In this document: positions 36,813-46,200 of the stretch, one piece after another | How the letters are laid out: the number at the start of each line of letters is the position of its first letter | Numbering within the stretch: the first letter of the stretch is position 1 | Assembly (NCBI GenBank): GCA_036125855.1 | Contig: JAYZTT010000009.1 | Span: forward strand, 7,194 to 71,193 | DNA length: 64,000 nucleotides | Direction: 5' to 3' | Source: Planctomycetota bacterium | Lineage (GTDB): Bacteria > Planctomycetota > UBA8108 > UBA1146 | The notes under the pieces: model-generated | The model's database searches: none | Told to the model about the DNA's origin: nothing | Seen by the model: only the letters and a program-made list of their open reading frames with translations | Position numbers and translations under genes: made by a program

Positions 36813-37901
36813 TCAGGAACCGATCGGAACCTCGTGGCGACAACGACGAGAAGCATGCAAGAACTGATGCTGCAGCCGTCGACCCATCTGTAACCGCTCC
36901 TGCAGGACCGGCCGACGAAGTCGTGCGAACCCACCCAGGGCGTGATCCAGCTGCGCTTCATCGGCGAGGTCATGATCATCCAGGATGTCGCCGATGGCGA
37001 GAGCATCCTCGATGGCGGAGCCTGTCCCCTGGCTGGTGAAGGTCAGCAATGGATGAGCCGCATCTCCGATCAACAGGATATTCTTGCGATGGAAGGTGTC
37101 AGGGATTTCACGATCCGTCGTTCGCCACAGATGGACCTGCCGGGCATCGCTTCGAGCAATGACGTCCTGGATCGCAGGCGTCCAGTCGCCCAGTTCATCG
37201 ATTAACCAGCGATGGCGCTTTTCTGGCGTCAGAAATGCCTGAGGCCAACGCCTCGGGTCGAGCTGGACGTACCAGACGATGGAATTGTCCGAGGCGGGAA
37301 CCAGACCGATGGCCATCCCCTGTCCAGGCCGAACCGCTTTCAGAAAACGACCTCGCAGAGTCTCGGGAATCTGGTCACCGTGGCAGATTCCTACCAGTTC
37401 CACTGTACGAACCGGGGACAGAGCTGCCCCGCCAATGTAATTGCGGCGAATCCGGGAACGAACTCCATCGGCGGCGACAAACAGATCCGCCTCGATCGAA
37501 GTCCCATCGCTGAAATGGGCAGCGCGAGCGATTCCTCGCTCGTCTCGTTCAAAACCGACAAAAGTCGTTCCGCAGTGAACTGTGCCTGGAGCCAGAGAAC
37601 TGCCCAGTCCCTCGACCAGATCTGTCCTTCGCACTCCGGAGGTTTGTCGCAAAGGTCGCGACATAACGGATGAGCCGTTTTCATCGAGCATTTCATACTG
37701 TTCGATCGGATGGATTCGAGCGGAAAGATCGACCCCGAGACGTTCCAGAATGTGATGAACTGATGGAGTTAAAAGCAGACCGAAGCCACCGGAAGGGGCA
37801 CCTGACCGGCGCTCCCAGACCGACACGTCATGACCTGACTGCTGTAGTCGCAGTGCAGTGGCCAATCCTGCCGTACTTCCTCCGATGACTGCGATCCGCA
37901 T
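36813..37901 (-). CDS. FAD-dependent monooxygenase
   Basis: MRIAVIGGSTAG Rossmann motif, ADGVRS, LIGDAAH...QG...AIEDA. Confidence 0.9.
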   Translation of the reverse strand: MRIAVIGGSTAGLATALRLQQSGHDVSVWERRSGAPSGGFGLLLTPSVHHILERLGVDLSARIHPIEQYEMLDENGSSVMSRPLRQTSGVRRTDLVEGLGSSLAPGTVHCGTTFVGFERDERGIARAAHFSDGTSIEADLFVAADGVRSRIRRNYIGGAALSPVRTVELVGICHGDQIPETLRGRFLKAVRPGQGMAIGLVPASDNSIVWYVQLDPRRWPQAFLTPEKRHRWLIDELGDWTPAIQDVIARSDARQVHLWRTTDREIPDTFHRKNILLIGDAAHPLLTFTSQGTGSAIEDALAIGDILDDHDLADEAQLDHALGGFARLRRPVLQERLQMGRRLQHQFLHASRRCRHEVPIGS

Positions 37902-38047
37902 GGGCTCACCCTGGCTTCTTTGTCTTGCCTCAGGTTCTCTTTCCATCAGATGAATCCGGAATTGGGAGGGCTCGGGACCATCTGTTCCTGCGGTATATCA
38001 GCGCAAAAGGGCCAATTTTCGCCAAATTGGTGAGTCGAAAGGGGGCT

Positions 38048-38716
38048 TCAGAAACCGACGGATACCGACAGGGTCGGATCTTCCGCTCCCAGCATGATGA
38101 AGGAAAAACTGAACTGGTTGCTGCGCCATGTCACCAGAGGATGGAGATCATCCCCGTCATAAATCAACGTCGCCTCCAGGTCAGGAGCGATGCCGTACCG
38201 GAGACTGGCGGGGATCCGCCACTCGGAATTATCAGGGATATAGGCCAGACTCAAAGAACCACTCAGCCGGGGTCCAAGTACCTGCGCTGCTGTCACGGAA
38301 AACGCATTGCCATCGACCTCGTCTGAAGGCCATGCGGAACTGGTACCCAACACCACGGCCGGATGATCCTCCGTGGCATCCAGGATTCGATAGTTCACCA
38401 ACGGATAGTATTCGTTGGAATCAACTCCCACTTCGATGCCCACCTGAAGGTCTTCTCGAAGGCGATGCACCAGACTCACTTCGAGAGGCTCTCGATTGGT
38501 CTCTTCCGTCAATATGGTACGGGTGGTGAAGTTCCAGCCGCCCTGCTGCATCTCTCCTGCACCCCAGACCGAGGCGCCTTCTCCTGGTCAGCCGACTCAC
38601 ATCGGAACAGCAGGACCACGTGCCAGAAAACTGTCATCGAGGCTGGCACAGCCCGCTCCCAGCAATAGAAGCAAAAGAAAAAGAAGTGGCGAAAGGAAGT
38701 GGCTGCTCATGTTCAT
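38048..38716 (-). CDS. Candidate selenoprotein with UxxU motif; secreted, beta-barrel-like (222 aa with two TGA read-throughs)
   Basis: ATG 38716 gives a signal peptide ending GAGC, in frame with the 38551 ORF through TGA at 38599-38597 and 38590-38588; SECIS-like hairpin follows; C-terminus SVSVGF. Confidence 0.72.
38559..38577 (-). promoter_or_regulatory. Putative bacterial SECIS element
   Basis: mRNA GCGCCUC-GGUCU-GGGGUGC hairpin; stem begins 10 nt and loop 17 nt after the second UGA. Confidence 0.65.
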
Positions 38717-38897
38717 GGCTAGAGTTTATCCCTTCGGAGTCAAAATCTACCGGAAATAATTCATCTCGTCAAAAAGAAGCCGACTAGCACACCATTTGCC
38801 CGTTGACCGCTCTGTAGCGCCCTCTACCCTGATGGTCGTGGATTGAGGTCTCAATCAACAGAAAATGATTGTTCTTTTCAGGTGGATGGATTTCAAA

Positions 38898-39659
38898 ATG
38901 ACCCAGGATTTTTCACTGGAGGGGCGTACCGCTCTGGTTACCGGTTCCAGTACCGGACTTGGCAAGGCGATGGCCCACTCACTCGGAGCCGCTGGTGCCC
39001 GTGTCGCCATCAACTACCAGAATAATGTCGAACGTGCCGAACAGACCCTGGCCGGTTTCCAGGATGCTGGTCACGAAGGTGCATTGTTTCGAGGCGACGT
39101 CACCGACGAGGCCGAAGTGAACCGACTGTGTGCCGAGATCTCGGAGACCCTCGGTCCCATCGATATCCTGGTCGTGAACGCCACCCCGGCCCAACCACTC
39201 AAGCCGATCGAGGAGTACGACTGGGAATTTTACCAGTCGATGATCGACTTCTTCATCAAGAGTCCGTACCTGTTGGCGCGAGCCACGCTTGCCCACATGA
39301 AGAGTCAGAAGTGGGGGAGGATCATCAACATCGCCAGCGAGGTTTATACCCGCGGGCTCTCCCCCTTCAGTGCCTATGTCGCGGCCAAGGGTGGCCAGAT
39401 AGGCTGGACCCGCAGCATGGCCAACGAACTGGCCCCCGACGGCATCACCGTCAACGCCATCGCTCCCGGCTGGATACCGGTCGAGCGTCATGAAAACGAC
39501 CCGGAAGAGGAGAAGCAGGCCTACCTGGACGTCATTCCGATGCAGCGCTGGGGAGTCCCATCCGATGTCGGAGGAGCTGCGGTATTTCTTGCCAGCGATT
39601 CCGCTGGTTTCATCACCGGACAGAACATCCATGTCAATGGCGGCGTATGTCTGCCCTAA
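38898..39659 (+). CDS. SDR family oxidoreductase (FabG-like)
   Basis: TGSSTGLG, GRIINIAS, YVAAK, VNAIAPG, ITGQ. Confidence 0.93.
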   Translation: MTQDFSLEGRTALVTGSSTGLGKAMAHSLGAAGARVAINYQNNVERAEQTLAGFQDAGHEGALFRGDVTDEAEVNRLCAEISETLGPIDILVVNATPAQPLKPIEEYDWEFYQSMIDFFIKSPYLLARATLAHMKSQKWGRIINIASEVYTRGLSPFSAYVAAKGGQIGWTRSMANELAPDGITVNAIAPGWIPVERHENDPEEEKQAYLDVIPMQRWGVPSDVGGAAVFLASDSAGFITGQNIHVNGGVCLP

Positions 39660-39682
39660 ACCAATCGTTGAGGAGACCTACC

Positions 39683-40687
39683 ATGAGAACTTCGATCGCC
39701 ATCATCTGCCTGCTGCTTTCGTCCCTGGTCGGCTGCACCGCCAAGGTAGAAAATTCAGCGACAGCCGCACCCAGGCTCGCTTTCGTCACCAATGGAGTCG
39801 CTGATTTCTGGGTTCTCGCCGGAAAAGGGGTGGAAGACACCGCCTCCGATATCGGTGTCGATGCGTCCTTCCACATGCCGCCCGATGGACTGGCCGATCA
39901 AAAGCGCATCATCGAGGACTTGATGGTCAAGGGTGTCGATGGAATCGCTGTCAGTCCCATCGACCCGGCCAATCAAACACCTTTCCTCGACCGCATCGCC
40001 GGCCAGACTCTGCTGATCACTCATGATTCAGACGCTCCCGGCTCGCAACGGATCTGCTTCGTCGGGGTCGATAATTACGAAGCGGGCAGGATGTGCGGAG
40101 AACTGGTCCAGGAGGCGCTACCCGATGGCGGCAAGGTCGCCATCTTCGTCGGTCGCCTCGAACAGGATAATGCGCGTCTTCGTCGCCAGGGTGTGATCGA
40201 TCAGATGCTCGGCAGATCCTGGGATTCGAGCCGCCATGACAAACCGGGAAAGGTGGTCTCCGGTAACGGCTTCGAGGTGGTGGCCACTCTCACAGACCAG
40301 TTCGACATGGCCAAGGGCAAGGCCAATGTCGAGGATATCCTTTCGCGCCATGATGATATCGCCGGCTGCATCGGACTGTTTGCCTATAACACTCCACTGA
40401 TCCTCGAAGCACTGGAACAGTCGGGCCGGATCGGCAAGGTCCAGGTGATCAGCTTTGATGAAGATGAGCGCACTCTGCAGGGAATCATCGATGGCACTGT
40501 TCACGGCACCATCGTGCAGAATCCCTATGAATACGGTGCCACCTCGATGCGCCTGTTGAAAGCGCTGGCGGCAGGAGATCGTTCAGGAATTCCTGCCAAC
40601 GGAATTCTCAAGGTTCCGGCCCGCATCATCCGCAAACAGGAAGTCGAATCATTCCGTCGGGACATGCACAAGAAACTGGGAAAGTGA
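39683..40687 (+). CDS. Sugar ABC transporter substrate-binding lipoprotein (RbsB-like)
   Basis: LVGC lipobox; GVDGIAVSP, GVDNYEAG, SFDE, VQNPYEYG. Confidence 0.92.
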   Translation: MRTSIAIICLLLSSLVGCTAKVENSATAAPRLAFVTNGVADFWVLAGKGVEDTASDIGVDASFHMPPDGLADQKRIIEDLMVKGVDGIAVSPIDPANQTPFLDRIAGQTLLITHDSDAPGSQRICFVGVDNYEAGRMCGELVQEALPDGGKVAIFVGRLEQDNARLRRQGVIDQMLGRSWDSSRHDKPGKVVSGNGFEVVATLTDQFDMAKGKANVEDILSRHDDIAGCIGLFAYNTPLILEALEQSGRIGKVQVISFDEDERTLQGIIDGTVHGTIVQNPYEYGATSMRLLKALAAGDRSGIPANGILKVPARIIRKQEVESFRRDMHKKLGK

Positions 40688-42183
40688 ACCGATCGCAGGG
40701 GGTCATCGAAGCACGGTCCGTTTCCAAGCGGTTCGGTGGCGTCGTGGCCCTCGACTCGGTTTCGCTGGCCATCGAACCCGGCGAGATCGTCGCCGTCATC
40801 GGTGAAAACGGTGCCGGGAAGAGTACCCTTGCGAAGATCCTGTGTGGGGTTCACCAGGCGGATGACGGCCAGGTCGTCATCGATGGAACCCCGGTCCTGT
40901 TGACCGGCCCCGCAGATGCCTTTGCTCACGGAATCGCCCGCATTCCCCAGGAACTACAGCTGTGCGATACGATGACCGTGGCGGAGAATCTGCTGCTGGG
41001 TCGAGAACCGGTCGGTCGCTATCGACTCATCGACAACAACGCCTGTCGTCTCCAGGCACAAAGTGCTCTCGAAAAAGTAGCTCTGCACGTGGACCTCGAC
41101 ATCCCGGTCAGTGAACTGGGCCATGGTCAGAGGCAACTGGTCGCCATCGCACGGGCTCTCGATGGTCAGGCGCGAACCCTGCTTCTCGATGAACCCACCG
41201 CCACTCTTTCTCCAGCGGAAACAAAAATACTCCTCGATCGTATCCTGACGATGAAAAACTCGGGAGCCGCCATCGTCCTGATCACCCATCGGCTCGGCGA
41301 GGTGGTACAGATCGCTGACCGCGTGGTAGTACTTCGCGATGGCCATCATGTCGCGACTCTCGAAAGCGATCAGATCGACCGTGATGAGATGGTACGGCAG
41401 ATGGTGGGGCGAGATCTGGACCCTCCGGTCCGCGAAACCGATCCAGCCGGGTCGGTACGCCTGGCGGTGAATGGCCTGCGCAGCAGCCACCATCCCGAAC
41501 CGATCCACTTCGAGGTGAATGCCGGAGAGCGGGTTGCTCTGGCAGGACTGGTCGGCGCCGGTAGGAGCGAGCTGCTGGAGGCGCTCTTTGGCTTGCGAGA
41601 ACGCCAGGGACAGGTCCAGATCGACCAGAAACCGCTCCCAGCCTCGAACCCCGGCCTGTGCGTCGAGGCCGGGCTAGCTCTGGTTCCCGAAGAACGAGCG
41701 GCTCAGGGGCTGGCCCTGCAACGGACCGTCGCCGAGAACGCGATGCTACCGGGTTTGCATCGAGAAGCCGGCACCGGAGGCTGGCTACCGAAGGGTGCTG
41801 GTGAGAACACCGCCAACGAGCTGGTAGAGCGCCTCGATGTCCGTCCGGGCCGTACCGACATCGCCGCCGGAGATCTATCGGGAGGAAACCAGCAGAAGGT
41901 CGTGATCGGAAAGTGGCTTGCGCTCGATCCGAGCATCTTGCTGCTCGATGAACCGACCCGAGGAGTCGATGTCGGTGCTCGCGAGGAGATTCACCAGCGG
42001 CTGCACGAGCTCTCTGCTCAAGGGGTCGCCATCCTGTTTGCCTCGAGTGAGATGGAGGAGGTACTGGCACTGTCTCACCGCATCATCGTGATGCACGAAG
42101 GACGGGTCACGGGTACCCTCAGCAGCAGCGAAACCACCGAGGAACAGATCCTGGCACTGGCCACCGGAGGGAACGTGGCATGA
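40684..42183 (+). CDS. Sugar ABC transporter ATP-binding protein (CUT2)
   Basis: GENGAGKST, LLDEPT twice, GLVGAGRSE, LSGGNQQKV. Confidence 0.95.
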   Translation: MNRSQGVIEARSVSKRFGGVVALDSVSLAIEPGEIVAVIGENGAGKSTLAKILCGVHQADDGQVVIDGTPVLLTGPADAFAHGIARIPQELQLCDTMTVAENLLLGREPVGRYRLIDNNACRLQAQSALEKVALHVDLDIPVSELGHGQRQLVAIARALDGQARTLLLDEPTATLSPAETKILLDRILTMKNSGAAIVLITHRLGEVVQIADRVVVLRDGHHVATLESDQIDRDEMVRQMVGRDLDPPVRETDPAGSVRLAVNGLRSSHHPEPIHFEVNAGERVALAGLVGAGRSELLEALFGLRERQGQVQIDQKPLPASNPGLCVEAGLALVPEERAAQGLALQRTVAENAMLPGLHREAGTGGWLPKGAGENTANELVERLDVRPGRTDIAAGDLSGGNQQKVVIGKWLALDPSILLLDEPTRGVDVGAREEIHQRLHELSAQGVAILFASSEMEEVLALSHRIIVMHEGRVTGTLSSSETTEEQILALATGGNVA

Positions 42184-43145
42184 AAAAAGTACTGGGCATC
42201 CTGGCGGTACTGGCGGTGGTATCGATCATCACGGCTTCCATCAGCCCCTCCTTTTTTAGCTCCTACAACATCGAGAACTTGCTGCGGCGCAGTGCCTTGT
42301 TCGGCATCATCGGGATCGGTGCATCACTGGTCATCATCACCGGCGGTATCGATCTCTCCATCGGTTCGATGGTTTGCCTCATCGGCTGCCTCACTCCCTG
42401 GCTCATCACCCAGGCAGGTCTGTCTGCATGGCTGGTGGTACCGGGCCTGTTGATCCTGGCAGCCGCACTGGGGCTCACTCATGGCGTGTTGGTGACCAAG
42501 CTGAGGCTCCAGCCGTTTCTCGTGACTCTATGTGGGCTATTCATCTACAGGGGAATCACTCGCGGCATCCTGGCCGACAACACGGTCGGATTCGGGACCA
42601 CCGAGAGCGGACTGCGAACCCTTGGAAATGGTCGCATTCCCATCACCGAGAACTTCGCACTGCCGGCACCACTGCTGATTCTGATCGTGGTCGCGGTGCT
42701 GGCTTCCCTGCTGTTACGACGCACTGTCTGGGGTCGCCATCTGCTGGCGATCGGCAGCAATGAAACCGCCGCACGCCATTGCGGTATCGCGGTGGATCGG
42801 GTCAAGATCGGTGCCTATGCCCTGTGCGGATTACTCAGCGGAATCGGCGGTTTGCTGTTCGTGCTCGACACAGGTTCTGCCCAACCATCGAACTTCGGCA
42901 ACTTCTATGAACTGTATGCGATCGCTGCTGCGGTGCTGGGCGGCTGCTCTCTTCGTGGTGGCGAGGGCACCATCATCGGGGTCCTGATCGGTGCCACGCT
43001 GGTCCAGGTACTACGCAATTCCATCGTCCTGATCGATGACATCCCCGACTCCATCGAGTTCGCGGTCATCGGCGGTATCATCTTGCTGGCAGTGATCGCC
43101 GACGAGGCGATTCGACGAACCGTCGCTCGCCGCAAGAGCTCATGA
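42180..43145 (+). CDS. Sugar ABC transporter permease (RbsC-like)
   Basis: GGIDLSIG, GRHLLAIGSN, YELYAIAAAVLGG. Confidence 0.95.
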   Translation: MKKVLGILAVLAVVSIITASISPSFFSSYNIENLLRRSALFGIIGIGASLVIITGGIDLSIGSMVCLIGCLTPWLITQAGLSAWLVVPGLLILAAALGLTHGVLVTKLRLQPFLVTLCGLFIYRGITRGILADNTVGFGTTESGLRTLGNGRIPITENFALPAPLLILIVVAVLASLLLRRTVWGRHLLAIGSNETAARHCGIAVDRVKIGAYALCGLLSGIGGLLFVLDTGSAQPSNFGNFYELYAIAAAVLGGCSLRGGEGTIIGVLIGATLVQVLRNSIVLIDDIPDSIEFAVIGGIILLAVIADEAIRRTVARRKSS

Positions 43146-43190
43146 AAAAGGGCTGACGCGGAGTGACGCGCCAGCCCTTCTTGTCACCTC
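43088..43190 (+). repeat. Direct repeat copy 1: permease 3' end plus terminator
   Basis: Aligns with 48319-48422. Confidence 0.9.
43148..43182. terminator. Bidirectional terminator between convergent genes
   Basis: aagggctgacgcg/cgcgccagccctt stem flanked by A and T runs. Confidence 0.75.
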
Positions 43191-43208
43191 AAGTTATCTC
43201 ACGGCAAT

Positions 43209-46200
43209 CTACGGACAGCCGCCGTCATCACATCCGAGAGAGCTACTATCAGGGCTACAAGGACCTCCTCCGACTGGAGTTTGTCCACCTGTGAAAAGGT
43301 ATGCCAGCACGTAGATTGGATCGCTAATATCGGTCGTCCCATCGCCGTTGACATCCATCGCAGCGAGGCAATTGATGGCCTCCTGGCTGAACAGATACCC
43401 CAGCATGTTGACGGCATCGCCGATGTCGATGGCTCCATCGCCGTTGGGATCGCCAGCGGTGACGGGAGGATTACCCGGACCACCCGTACTGACGGTGCAA
43501 CAGGCCGAATCGGTCGCCACACCTCCGATGATCCCGATAACGCAGATCTCTCTCGTACCGACAACTCCTGTCACCGTGGTGAAGGTATCGGTTCCAGATA
43601 GTGTCTGCACCAAGGTGCCGTTGAGAGTGACTTCGATGCTGTCGTAGACGATCGGGTTGCTCCAGGCAACGGCCACGTCGGTGGTACCAAGGATCGGATC
43701 ACAGTTGAGATCGCCGACTCCAGGTGGAGTCCCGGTATTGTCACAACACTTCAACTCAGACCAGCAGTTGGCGACGAGACCTCGCACGCAGATCTCACGA
43801 CCGGCACCCAAGGCCACAAGGAAATTGGTGGCGGTTCCGGGCAGAGTTGTTTCCATCACACCATTGACCCACACCTCGATGGCGTCATAAGACACCGGAT
43901 TGTTCCAGGCGACTGCCACATTGGTGGTGCCAAAGATAGGATCGCAACTGACGTTCTCTGGTGGTGGCGTCAGGCCGAAGACTTCACAACAAACCTGCGG
44001 TCCAACCAATCCACCGGCCACTGGCTCGAGGCAGATGATTCGTGTTCCGGTGATGCCGGTCGCGGTGTAACTGGTATCAGCACCACCGAGAGTAGCAACC
44101 GCCGCACCATTGACGAGCACGGTGATGGAGTCATAGGCACCGCCATTGACCCACGTGATGGAGGCGGTATCAGCGCAATCGGATTCACAGATCAACTCCT
44201 GGACCTCCGGAGGTGGTGGGGTCCCGGTATCGTCACAGCACTTCAAATCTGACCAGCAGTTGGCCAGGAGACCGCGCACACAGATCTCACGACCGGCACC
44301 ACCCACCACAACAAAATTGGTGTCGGTTCCGGGCAGAGTGGCTTCCATCACACCATTGACCCACACCTCGACGGCGTTATAGGCGACTGGATTGTTCCAG
44401 GCGATCACAACATCGGTGGTGGCTGCACTGGGATCGCAATTGACGTTCTCTGGTGGGGGCGTCAGGCCGAAGACTTCACAACAAACCTGTGGTCCAACCA
44501 TTCCACCGGCCACAGGTTCGAGGCAGATGGTTCGTGTTCCGGTGATGCCGGTCGCGGTGTAACTGGTATCAGCACCACCGAGAGTAGCAACCACCGTACC
44601 ATTGACGAGGACGGTGATGGAATCATAGGCACCGCCATTGACCCACGTGATGGTGGCGGTATCGGCGCAATCGGAACTACAGGTCAACTGCTCGATGGCC
44701 GGTGGTGTAGTGGCTTGACGGTACTCCAGGTCGAGCAAGCCCTTGCCCGACTGCCCATCCTCCCAACCTCCTACCCGGATATAGATCGGCTCTCCGGCAA
44801 AGATGGGAACATCTTCGACTGCGGAACTGAATCCGGCACAGACGGCACCAGTAGCCGGATCGACGCCATCCCCGTTGCAGGCAATTTGCTCCAGATCGGT
44901 ACAGTTACCCTTGTAAATCACGAGGTCGGAGTCGAAATCGATCCTGTCACAGGTCCGCACATTGAGCAGACCGTCCAGATCCGGCGTGTAGACATACCAG
45001 ACATCCTGAACCATGGCACCGAGCGCCGTATTGGCACACTGCGCATCGCCATAGGCATCCAGGCTGTCGGTGGCACAGCTGGTATCGAGCCAGTTGGCGC
45101 CCAGCGATGCACTGATGGCATCGACACACTCATCTCCGATGGTGCTGTCTGGAACCAACTCGAGACGCATCTCACCGTTTCCGAAGGCATTCGCATCCCA
45201 GCCGCCGAGACGGATCAGATACTTGTTGCCGGCGGTGACAGGGAACTGCATCTCGGATGTGAAGTTGGCGCAGCCAAGCGCATCACCATTGCAGGCGATC
45301 TGTATCTTCTCACTGCAAGAGATGGCGTGGTACCCGACCAGATCGGTATCGAAGGATGAAGTACTACAAGTACTCGCCTTCAGCACCCCACAAACCTCGG
45401 GAGTGTAGGTGAACCAGATGTCCTGGTTCATCTCTCCGAGTACTGTGCCCAAACATAGCGCATCGTCATAGGGATCGGGGCTATCGGTGCAATCGGTTGT
45501 ATCGAAGCCATTGAAACCTTCAACCGCGGGAATCGGATCATCACACTCATCACCAGGACACACACCCCCAGGTGGGAACAGTGGGAAGGGTAGAGGTAAC
45601 GGCATGGGGGTGATGACGATGTTGGGATTCGACGGTAAGAAAACGGTATTACAGGGACCTGATCCGATGATGCTCAACAGTCCCGAGTTGTACTCCCGGG
45701 CAATGGCACGCATCCAGGGACGCGCCTGGAAGTAACTGCTATCGTTCAAGCCATCGGCGATGGCCTGAGCGATGACGAACCCACTGCCTGTCGACACCGC
45801 AGGAACGTCGACCCGTACAAGATCATTACCAAACAGAACTCCAACATTGCTACCAGTGGTATTATTGCCGGTCTTCTCGACCGATCCGTGCCAACTGGTC
45901 AGCATGAATTTCATCGCGTTGATGTTGTCTTCGCCGGTCAGATCCAGGTCTGCTGCCTGGTGCAAACGCATGAAGGTGCCATTGAAGTTGGTCACGAACA
46001 CATCGGCAGCGGTATAACCCAGCGGTCCACCAAGACTGGCGCTATCTCTCGACAATGAGAAGAAGGCCAGATCCCATGAAAGACCTCCCGCGGGAATATT
46101 GATTTCCCCCTGGGCATTGAGGGGAGTTTCATTTTTTGGAGCCGGGGTGATCTGGGGAGGATTGCCGGAGTCCCAGCTGATCAAGGGCATCATGACGACA

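Noticed and set aside
38048-38551. Short 167-aa ORF starting at ATG 38551 as the complete gene
   Set aside because: Not preferred: the AGGAG is only 2 nt from this ATG and the product would lack a signal peptide, while the upstream frame supplies one. It is not fully excluded.
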